Of a stretch of 54,792 nt of DNA, positions 28,869 to 36,452 are shown piece by piece. Under the pieces are notes generated by a model. It did no database searches, was not told where the DNA came from, and saw only the letters and a program-made list of their open reading frames with translations. The translations under genes were made by a program, and so were the position numbers. Positions within the stretch are counted from its first letter, which is position 1. The number at the start of each line of letters is the position of its first letter. This DNA is from Verrucomicrobiales bacterium (GTDB lineage Bacteria > Verrucomicrobiota > Verrucomicrobiia > Limisphaerales > UBA1100), in contig JAYQQG010000006.1 of assembly GCA_038145765.1 (NCBI GenBank), positions 1 to 54,792 of the forward strand, written 5' to 3'.

Positions 28869-29096
28869 GTTGGCAGCACCTTCGGGAGCCGCTGACGGGG
28901 TCGGATGACTCCGAGACAGGAACCTTCGGGCGAATGTTTCAATCCGGAAGCTTCTTCGGAAGCATCTGGATGAGCCGCTGATCCAAAGCCTCCACCCGAG
29001 GCATCCTGAAGAACAGTTCGCGAGAGCAGTTCGGACGGAATTTGACCGTCTGGGAAGTAGTCTTCGGACCACCGCCCGGGCGGTCTTTTTTGTTTT
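28869..29096 (+). ncRNA. Unassigned highly structured small RNA candidate
   Basis: Chain of at least 7 hairpins, four with cUUCGg loops and one GCGA (GNRA); ends in a long stem plus T6; no plausible CDS on this strand. Confidence 0.7.
29044..29096 (+). terminator. Intrinsic terminator ending the RNA candidate
   Basis: GACCGTCTGGG(29044-54) pairs with CCCGGGCGGTC(29075-85), followed by TTTTTTGTTTT. Confidence 0.75.
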
Positions 29097-29182
29097 CTCC
29101 ACGTTGAATTAAACTTTCAAAGTTTTCCTTGGCTGATGTTTTTCATGCGTTAGGCTTTATAAAACACTGGGTTAGTTTTATT

Positions 29183-29380
29183 TTGGAAATCTATATTGGA
29201 AAAGATGGTCAGTTTTTGGGTCCGTACCGAGAGGCTGGAATTCAAGTGCTACTGGATGAAAGCATCTATAATGGGGATGAACTGGTTAGACGAGAGGGGC
29301 AGGAAGCATAGTTGAATATAAAAGAGTTTCTGGAAGGAGCTGATACGCCTGCACCGGAGCCTGAAGAGCTCTCAGTTTAA
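29183..29380 (+). pseudogene. GYF_2 (DUF4339)-domain gene remnant
   Basis: EIYIGKDGQFLGPY...I..LL......DELV.REGQEA* with TAG (29309-11) where the conserved Trp is expected; the frame continues to TAA at 29380. Confidence 0.65.
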
Positions 29381-29387
29381 CCATTCG

Positions 29388-30017
29388 ATGAAGAAGCTCA
29401 TGCAACAGATAAAAAAGATTAAGAATCTGATTTTTGAAGGCCATGCTGATAAGGCGAGGGAACTTGTTCAGTCTCTGAATAACCCACGCATCTATGAAGG
29501 GTTACTGGAGGATAACCCGGATATTGATGATGGATATGTTGGAACGCCGGAATATCTCCTCCGAAATGGAGATTTTTTCCTTAAGCTGTTGGCTCATATT
29601 CCGCAGGAAGCAAACTTAGACTCTAAGTTTAAGTCAGTTACCAAACTGCAACTCAGTTACACCCGAATCAGTGATGTTACACCCTTAAAAGGTTTCACGC
29701 AGTTAACTTGGCTGGATCTCTCCGGTAACCAGATCGGTGATGTTACACCCTTAAAAGATCTCACGCAGTTAACGGAGCTGGATCTCGGTGGTAACCCGAT
29801 CAATGATGTTACACCCTTATAAGATCTCACGCAGTTAACGGAGCTGAATCTCGGTGGCAACCAGATCAGTGATGTTACACCCTTAAAAGATCTCACGCAG
29901 TTAACGTTACTGGATCTCAGAGGCAACCAGATCAGTGAATCTGACAAAGAAAATCTACAAGAGATTCTTCACGAATGCTGCATATTGCCGAGAAAGCCTT
30001 GGTGGAAATTTTGGTAA
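29388..30017 (+). pseudogene. Internalin-like LRR gene interrupted by a nonsense codon
   Basis: 22-aa LRR units (NQISDVTPLKDLTQLTELDL); TAA at 29820-22 where sister repeats have AAA; the frame continues to ...RKPWWKFW* at 30017. Confidence 0.85.
29667..29938 (+). repeat. Four 66-bp coding tandem repeats (LRR units)
   Basis: ATC.GTGATGTTACACCCTTA.AAG.T.TCACGCAGTTAAC... recurs at 29667, 29733, 29799 and 29865, partially at 29931. Confidence 0.92.
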
Positions 30018-30077
30018 ACTAGCTCATTGACAACCTCTCACCTTGCTCAAGAGAGTAGTGTGGCTTTGATTGCCTAC

Positions 30078-30281
30078 ATGAAGCAGTTCATGCTCTTCCC
30101 CTTCATGACCTCCGCTTTCGAGTTCACGGGAAAAGTTGTTGTAGTAGCTAATGGCGATACCTAGGTGATATTATATGAGGGTGCGAAACAGTATAAGGTG
30201 AGGCTGCAACATATTGACTGCCCTGAAACGCGCCAGCCATTTGCAACCAGATCAGTGCGTCTGGCACAGAGGGTTTACTGA
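30078..30281 (+). pseudogene. Thermonuclease (SNase-family) 5' fragment
   Basis: FTGKVVVVANGDT*V...QYKVRLQHIDCPE.RQPF; internal TAG at 30162; truncated after QPF. Confidence 0.75.
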
Positions 30282-30453
30282 GGCGGGCCAGAGTGTGAAA
30301 TCAACACTTAACCATTCCTTAAATCCACACCCACCTCTGCCTTCGCCGGCCATGGCGCGGGCGTAGGGTGTGTGCACTGATAGCACTTAACTGTCGGAAA
30401 CCTTTCCAATGGTGTTAGCGCATCCTGTTAAATTTTTTTTGTTGGGAAAGCCC

Positions 30454-31374
30454 TTAAACGTCGCAGAGTTCGACAGCCTGGATCAACCCCTTCATCGGGT
30501 CGCCGGTGGGAATGAATTCCTGCCCGACGAAGCCCTTGTATTTGATGTCCAGCAGCTTGCGCATGATGGGCGGGTAATTGATCTCCTGCGTGTCATCCAG
30601 CTCCTTCCGGCCGGGGTTGCCGGCGGTGTGAATGTGGCCGATGATGTCCTTGTTTTCCTCCAGACGCCGGATCACGTCGCCATCCATGATTTGCACGTGA
30701 TAAATGTCGAAGAGCATCTTCATGTTGGGCGAACCCACGCGCCGGATGATGTCGGCCACGTAATCCACCTTGTCGCCCTGATAACCGGGGTGGCCTTTCA
30801 TCGGGTGGGTGTCGTCGCGCGTGTTCAGGTGTTCGAGGCAAATGTTCACGCCCTTCTTCTCTGCGTGGCCGATGATTTTCTTGAAACCCTCCACGCAATT
30901 CTTCGCGCCTTCCTCGAGGGAAATCTCGCCGCTCTTCGGATCCTCCGCTTTGCGCCATTTGTAGCCGTTAAAGGCGATTACGCTTTTCACGCCGTGCTTG
31001 GCGCACTCATCAATCGTCGCCTTGGTGGCCTTGATGACCATCTCATGGTAATCGCGGTTATTCATACCGCGCATGAACGGCGCGCCCTCCACGCCGTTCG
31101 GTGCGATAGCGCAGGTCAATCCGTGCTTCTTGAGCAGCGGCCAATGTTCCGGCCCGATGATCTCCACACTCTTGCAGCCCAGATCCTTCGCCGCCTTGGC
31201 GGTGTCCTCCACCTCCCAGCCGCGCTCGCCCCAGCACCAGTGCACGACGGATTGGTTAATCCGGCCTTTTTTGACACCGCGCTTCTTGGCGGCTTCGCCG
31301 GTAAAAGCTGCGGTCACAGCCGCGCCACCGGCCAATTTGATGAGGTTGCGACGGGAAAAGGATTGTTCTTTCAT
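30454..31374 (-). CDS. Tat-exported hydroxypyruvate isomerase-like TIM-barrel protein
   Basis: SRRNLIK twin-arginine signal; LEHLN, LFDIYHVQIMDGD, HIHTAGNPGR, GQEF. Confidence 0.9.
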   Translation of the reverse strand: MKEQSFSRRNLIKLAGGAAVTAAFTGEAAKKRGVKKGRINQSVVHWCWGERGWEVEDTAKAAKDLGCKSVEIIGPEHWPLLKKHGLTCAIAPNGVEGAPFMRGMNNRDYHEMVIKATKATIDECAKHGVKSVIAFNGYKWRKAEDPKSGEISLEEGAKNCVEGFKKIIGHAEKKGVNICLEHLNTRDDTHPMKGHPGYQGDKVDYVADIIRRVGSPNMKMLFDIYHVQIMDGDVIRRLEENKDIIGHIHTAGNPGRKELDDTQEINYPPIMRKLLDIKYKGFVGQEFIPTGDPMKGLIQAVELCDV

Positions 31375-31473
31375 GGGAATTGGTTCGGAGGGATTCAATC
31401 GGCAAACACGCACGGTGGCCAGCAGAAAACGCTTTTTGCTTCCGCCTCCGAACGCAACCCGTAAGCTGTCCTC

Positions 31474-32163
31474 ATGCCTGACCTCGACGCCATTATGGAG
31501 GCGAAACTCCGGGTGATTGATGACACTCACCGCTATGTGCCCGGCCGTTCGGCCCTGTTGATTATCGATATGCAACATGGGTTTGTAGATGAAGGGGCAT
31601 CGCTCGAGGTGGCGGCGGCGCGGGATCTGATTCCGAACATGGTTCAGCTAATCGACGCTTTTCGCGCGGCGAAAGCACCAGTGGTTTACACGGAGTTTGT
31701 GTACGCCGATAACGTGCCGTGTCTGCGGGGCGATCCGTTCGGGATCGAGCATTTGGAAAATGAGGGCGCGCCCGGATTTGGTAGCAAATCCAGCAACTGC
31801 CTGATCGGGCATAATGCCGGCAGGGGTGTGGAGTCGGCAGATACTATCCCGGCGCTGCAGCCACGACCGGAGGAGCTGATCATTCGCGGGCATACCTACG
31901 ATAAATTTTATGGCACCCCGCTGGATCTCGCGCTGCGCAGTCAGGATATTTCGCATCTGTTCCTCACCGGCATCACCACCGATGTATGCGTCAACTCCAC
32001 GCTCATTGCCGCTACTCAACGTAACTACCGAGTGACCGCCATCACCGATGCCTGCGCCTCCCCGTGGCCCGAGCTGCATGAGGCGTGCTTTAAGATTTGG
32101 CAGCCCAAGTTCGCCCGCCTGAAAACCACGGGGGAAGTGCACAATGAAATTTCAACAAACTGA
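31474..32163 (+). CDS. Isochorismatase-family cysteine hydrolase
   Basis: ALLIIDMQ, F.GT.LD..LRS, TGITTDVCVNST, DACAS. Confidence 0.9.
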   Translation: MPDLDAIMEAKLRVIDDTHRYVPGRSALLIIDMQHGFVDEGASLEVAAARDLIPNMVQLIDAFRAAKAPVVYTEFVYADNVPCLRGDPFGIEHLENEGAPGFGSKSSNCLIGHNAGRGVESADTIPALQPRPEELIIRGHTYDKFYGTPLDLALRSQDISHLFLTGITTDVCVNSTLIAATQRNYRVTAITDACASPWPELHEACFKIWQPKFARLKTTGEVHNEISTN

Positions 32164-32172
32164 TTAACCCAA

Positions 32173-34206
32173 ATGAAACGCATTCTGATTCCCGCTTGCG
32201 TGCTGGCTTTGGCGGCGATGTCCATCGCCCAAGGTCCGCGCGTTTTTCCTGAAGGGCAACCGCCCGACGATATTCGCCTGAAGCCGTTGAAGGATTTGAA
32301 CGGCCATTTTCCGTTTGCTGTGCCCAAGACGCTGGAGGCGTGGCAGGCGCGCAAGGCGGAGCTGCAGCGGCGGGTGGCGGTGGCCAACGGACTGTTTCCC
32401 ATGCCGCCCAAGACGCCACTGAACGCGGTGATTCATGGCAAGGTGCAGCGTGAGGGGTTTTCGGCGGAGAAAGTGTATTTCGAAAGTCTGCCGGGTTTTT
32501 ATGTGACCGGCATCCTGTTCCGGCCGACGGCCAAGATCGAAGGCAAATGGCCGGCGGTATTGTGCCCGCACGGGCACGGCGGACGCCTGCAGACGCACAG
32601 TGATTCGGCGATCCTCAATGAGATTAAGATTGGCGCGGAGAAGCACAAGGAATCCGGCCGCATGCCCAAGGTCGCCCGCGCTGCCACGCTCGCGCGGTTG
32701 GGTAATGTGGTGTTGCTCTTTGATATGATCGGTTATGCGGACAGCACGCAGTTGTCCTTCGAGTTGGCCCATCGATTCCGCACGCAGCGGCCGGCGATGG
32801 AGGGGAAACAGAGCTGGGGCTTGTACAGCGCGCAGGCGGAATTGCGGTTGCAATCGATCATGGGGTTGCAGACCTGGAACGGCATTCGGGCGCTGGATTT
32901 TCTCGCAGGCCTCCCGGATGTGGATCCCAAGCGCATGGCGGTTACCGGAGGCAGCGGCGGCGGTACGCAGACCATTTTACTTGGCGCGCTGGATGACCGG
33001 CCGGTTGCTTCCTTTCCTAATGGCATGGTGAGCACCTCGATGCAGGGCGGTTGTACCTGCGAAAGCTGCAGCCTGCTCCGCGTGGGCACGGGCAATGTTG
33101 AACTGGCCGCGCTGTTCGCGCCGCGGCCGCAGGGGATGACGGCGGCCAATGACTGGACCAAGGCGATGATGAAGGATGGTTATCCCGAGTTGCAGAAGCT
33201 CTACGGGTTGTACGGCAAAAAGGAGAATGTGTTTTGTGTCGATCTCACGCACTTTCGGCATAATTACAATTACGTGTCGCGCGCACACATGTACCACTGG
33301 TTTAACCGCCACATGAAATGGGGTCTGAAGGAACCGATCGTGGAGGCGGATTTCAAACTGCTGAGCAAGGAAGAGCATGCGGTATGGAATGCGGACCATC
33401 CGGAGCCGGCCGGGGGCGAGGCCTTTGAACGCAAGCTGACCCGGTGGGTGGCGGATCGGGACGCCAAATTAGTGGCTAAAATGTCCGTTTCCGAACTGCG
33501 CCAGGCATGGGGCGCTTTGATCGGTCGCATGGCGCCGGCGTACAAGGAAGTGGCCCGCGAAAAGGTGGGCAAGGCCAAGCGCGACGGGTATTTGGAATTC
33601 ACCGATATCCTGCGCCTCAAGGCCCGGGGCGAATCGCTGCCGGTTGTTTCGCTGTATCCCGCCAAGGAATGGAACGGCAAGGCGGTGCTGATCCTCACGG
33701 GCAACGGCAAGGCGGGGTTATTCGATGCCAAGGGCAAACCGACGGCCGTGGTGCGGGCGCATTTAGCGGCCGGCACCTCGGTGGTGGGCGTGGACCTGTT
33801 TCAACAGGGCGAATTTCTCAAGGACGGCAAGCCGGTGACGCAGGCGAGGGTGGTGGGGAATCCGCGTGAGTTTGCCGGGTACAGCTTTGCCTACAACCAC
33901 ACACTCTTTGCGCGTCGGGTGCATGATGTCATGACCGTGCTGTCGTGGGTGCGCGGGTTTGAGAGCGAAAAGCCCGAACACATTCGCGTGGAAGCGGATG
34001 CGGCCACTTCCCCCGTTGCGCTGGCGGCGTTGGCCCTGAGTGGGCGTGGTGTCAATGAAGCGACAGTGCGAGCTGGCAAGTTTGCCTTTGCGGATTTGAA
34101 ATCCTATCGCGATCCAAATTTTCTGCCGGGCGCCGTAAAGTACGGCGGCTTGAAAAGTCTGCGTCGACTGGCCGCCGCCAACGAAGTGCAACTCAATAAT
34201 AATTAA
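32173..34206 (+). CDS. Exported acetyl-xylan-esterase-like alpha/beta hydrolase
   Basis: Signal peptide; FESLPG, PAVLCPHGH, VTGGSGGGTQT nucleophile elbow, MQGGC.CE, FAPRP, HNYN. Confidence 0.85.
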   Translation: MKRILIPACVLALAAMSIAQGPRVFPEGQPPDDIRLKPLKDLNGHFPFAVPKTLEAWQARKAELQRRVAVANGLFPMPPKTPLNAVIHGKVQREGFSAEKVYFESLPGFYVTGILFRPTAKIEGKWPAVLCPHGHGGRLQTHSDSAILNEIKIGAEKHKESGRMPKVARAATLARLGNVVLLFDMIGYADSTQLSFELAHRFRTQRPAMEGKQSWGLYSAQAELRLQSIMGLQTWNGIRALDFLAGLPDVDPKRMAVTGGSGGGTQTILLGALDDRPVASFPNGMVSTSMQGGCTCESCSLLRVGTGNVELAALFAPRPQGMTAANDWTKAMMKDGYPELQKLYGLYGKKENVFCVDLTHFRHNYNYVSRAHMYHWFNRHMKWGLKEPIVEADFKLLSKEEHAVWNADHPEPAGGEAFERKLTRWVADRDAKLVAKMSVSELRQAWGALIGRMAPAYKEVAREKVGKAKRDGYLEFTDILRLKARGESLPVVSLYPAKEWNGKAVLILTGNGKAGLFDAKGKPTAVVRAHLAAGTSVVGVDLFQQGEFLKDGKPVTQARVVGNPREFAGYSFAYNHTLFARRVHDVMTVLSWVRGFESEKPEHIRVEADAATSPVALAALALSGRGVNEATVRAGKFAFADLKSYRDPNFLPGAVKYGGLKSLRRLAAANEVQLNNN

Positions 34207-34228
34207 GGGAGAAAATTTAGGGAGCAAC

Positions 34229-35152
34229 ATGAGACTGTGTCGATTTCAACAGGGCGATGCGCCGGCGGTGGGGTTTTATCAGGCGGACAGCGTTGTGCCC
34301 TTGGCCGCAGCGGCCGGGGCGGCGGGGATTACGCTGGCGGCTTTTGATGATGTACTCGCGTACTTACCCGGCGGATCCCAGCGTGAAGAAGCTTTGCAGG
34401 TGGATGCATGGTTAACAGCGAATGCAGCCGGAGCAGCGGAGTTGGCATTGACTGATGCGACCATCCTGACGCCCGTGCCGCGTCCGAACAAACTGCTGCT
34501 TTTGGCGGGGAACTACGCCAAGCACATTGAGGAAGGCGGCGAGATTGCCGTGGAGCGGGCGCAAACCTATCCGTATGTGTTCATAAAGCCGGCTTCCACC
34601 ACGCTTAATCGCCACGGGGGTGAGATTCCCATTCCGGCCGTGTCACCGGACAATATCGATTGGGAATGCGAACTGGGCGTGGTGATGGGCAAAGAGGCCA
34701 AAGGCGTGAGTGAGGCCGAGGCGCTGGCATACGTGGCGGGTTACACCGTGGTGAATGACATTTCCGATCGCGGTTTTCGCCCGAACCCCAACCGCGCGGA
34801 GCGTGATCGCGATAAGTTTTTCGACTGGCAACACGGCAAATGGCATGACGGCAGTTGCCCGGTGGGGCCATGCGTGGCTTGTCCGGAAAGTATTCCTGAC
34901 CCGCAGGTGTTACCACTCAAGCTCACCGTGAATGGCGAGGTGCATCAGGACGCAAGTACCGCCATGCAGATTTTTCCCGTGGCAGCGGTGATCGAGTTTA
35001 TTTCCTCCTTTGTCACCCTTGAACCCGGCGACATCATTTCCACGGGCACGGCCGCCGGCGTTGGCCATGCGAAAGGCGTCCACCTCCAAGCCGGCGATCA
35101 AGTCGAGGCCAGCATCGAGGGCATCGGGGTGTTGCAGAACACCATGGTCTGA
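34229..35152 (+). CDS. Fumarylacetoacetate hydrolase-family protein
   Basis: GNYAKH, FIK, DWECEL, NDISDR, GK, PGDIISTGT..GVG. Confidence 0.93.
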   Translation: MRLCRFQQGDAPAVGFYQADSVVPLAAAAGAAGITLAAFDDVLAYLPGGSQREEALQVDAWLTANAAGAAELALTDATILTPVPRPNKLLLLAGNYAKHIEEGGEIAVERAQTYPYVFIKPASTTLNRHGGEIPIPAVSPDNIDWECELGVVMGKEAKGVSEAEALAYVAGYTVVNDISDRGFRPNPNRAERDRDKFFDWQHGKWHDGSCPVGPCVACPESIPDPQVLPLKLTVNGEVHQDASTAMQIFPVAAVIEFISSFVTLEPGDIISTGTAAGVGHAKGVHLQAGDQVEASIEGIGVLQNTMV

Positions 35153-35156
35153 ATGA

Positions 35157-36452
35157 TCACGCCGGGCGCAGGCCGGGCAGGGTGCCTTGGCCGCTGGAGA
35201 ATGAATCGGTCTCGATGCCCATTTGTTGGAGCATGGAGAGGTAGAGGCGGCAGAGGGGCTGGTTGTTGCGGGGATCAAAGGCGAGATGTTGGCCATGGCG
35301 GAAGCCGCCGCCGGCAAGGAGGATGGGGAGGTTATCGCAGTTGTGTACGTTGGCGTCGCCCATGTTGCTGCCGTACAGGATCATGGTGGAGTCAAGCAGG
35401 GGGCCGGTGGGTTCGCGGGTGTCGCGGAGTTGCTGAAACAGGCCGGCGAGGGTTTTCATTTGGCGGTGATCGGTCTTTTCGAGCTGACGAATCTTCTCCG
35501 GTGATTGGCCGTGGTGGCTGAGGTTATGGTAGCCGGTGAGGGATTTCTCCTCGTCATTGATTTCAAAGACCGGCGTGGCAAAGGCGTCGACCATCAGGGT
35601 GACGATGCGAGTGGAGTCGCTCTCGAATGCCAGTTGTGCCATCCGGAGCATGAGATCAAACTTCGGGAAAAACTGCGCACGATCGAGAATATCTTCGGGC
35701 GCAGGCTGGCGGGTTATTGGTTTGGGGCGCGTTTCCCATTCGCCGGCGATCGTCAGGCCCTGTTCCAGTTCGCGGATGGAGGTGAAGTACTGGTCGAGCC
35801 GAGTCTTGTCCTCTTGACCCGATCGCGCCTGCAGCCGCTTGGCGTCGGCGCGCAGGGTATCGAGGATGCTGCCACGTTCCTTGAGGCGTTGCAGGCGTTG
35901 CTCAGTTTCCTCCGGGCGGCCTTGAATGAACATCTTCCGGAACAGGGCAGAGGGTTTGTCCTCGGCGGGCAACAGCACGCCGTCACGGCTCCAGGACAGG
36001 CTGCGGTTGCCGCGATCGATATTTACACCGAGATTCAGCGTGGGAAAACGTGTGCGTTGGCCGAGGTGCTCAATGGCGAATTGATCGAGTGAAACGGTAT
36101 TTCGAAACCCGCTGCCGGTGGGGTCCTTGGCGCCGGTTAGAAAACAGTTTTCCGTGGAATGCCCACCGGAAACGGCTGGATGCGAGAGGCCGGAAAAAAC
36201 GGTGAACTCTTTGCGGATTGGCTCGAGGTTTTTAAGCAGCGGCGAGAGCGCGTAGTCGGGGCCGGTTTGTTTGGGGAAAAAAGAGCCGGGCAACACGCCG
36301 AGATTGTTGGAGATCAACAGCATTCGTCGGGCAGCGGGTTGCTTGGGCTGCGCCCGGGCGTGTTGCAACAGTAAAGGCAAGGGCAGGGCCACGCCCAGAC
36401 CACGGAGGAAGTGGCGGCGGTTCATGGGCGGTGTCGGGGCAGTGTGGTTCAT
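35157..36452 (-). CDS. DUF1552-domain protein (Tat-exported)
   Basis: RRHFLRGLGVALPLP, SGLSH....GGH, SILD, LDQYFTSIRELE, YHNLSHHG, LLDSTM..YGS.MG...H...NLP.LLAGG. Confidence 0.9.
   Translation of the reverse strand: MNHTAPTPPMNRRHFLRGLGVALPLPLLLQHARAQPKQPAARRMLLISNNLGVLPGSFFPKQTGPDYALSPLLKNLEPIRKEFTVFSGLSHPAVSGGHSTENCFLTGAKDPTGSGFRNTVSLDQFAIEHLGQRTRFPTLNLGVNIDRGNRSLSWSRDGVLLPAEDKPSALFRKMFIQGRPEETEQRLQRLKERGSILDTLRADAKRLQARSGQEDKTRLDQYFTSIRELEQGLTIAGEWETRPKPITRQPAPEDILDRAQFFPKFDLMLRMAQLAFESDSTRIVTLMVDAFATPVFEINDEEKSLTGYHNLSHHGQSPEKIRQLEKTDHRQMKTLAGLFQQLRDTREPTGPLLDSTMILYGSNMGDANVHNCDNLPILLAGGGFRHGQHLAFDPRNNQPLCRLYLSMLQQMGIETDSFSSGQGTLPGLRPA

Noticed and set aside
28869-29096. Assignment of the RNA to tmRNA, 6S, SRP, RNase P, T-box or a known riboswitch
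   Set aside because: No tRNA-like ends, long rod with central bubble, SRP loop, RNase P consensus or T-box motif recognised by eye; left unassigned pending an Rfam search
28791-29102. 103-aa minus-strand ORF across the structured RNA
   Set aside because: Arg/Ser-rich with no motifs; tetraloops, G-U pairs and the U-tract all favour a + strand RNA
29667-29938. Possible CRISPR array (regular 66-bp period)
   Set aside because: The whole unit is similar rather than repeat plus unique spacer, the period equals 22 in-frame LRR codons, and no cas genes are present
29309-30164. Stop-codon recoding (two in-frame TAGs) in the decayed strip
   Set aside because: TAG is an ordinary stop for many genes here (gltB, mnmA, bioB), and the same strip also has TAA stops, a frameshift and truncation, which indicates decay
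29377-30317. 10-bp direct repeat TTAACCATTC flanking the LRR/SNase segment as a target-site duplication
   Set aside because: A 10-mer match within about 1 kb of AT-rich DNA is near chance level; no terminal inverted repeats or transposase
30306-30420. Possible integron attC site (ACTTAAC...hairpin...GTTAGCG)
   Set aside because: The left end resembles R''/L'', but there is no complementary L' box, the hairpin is off-centre, and no other attC or integrase is seen
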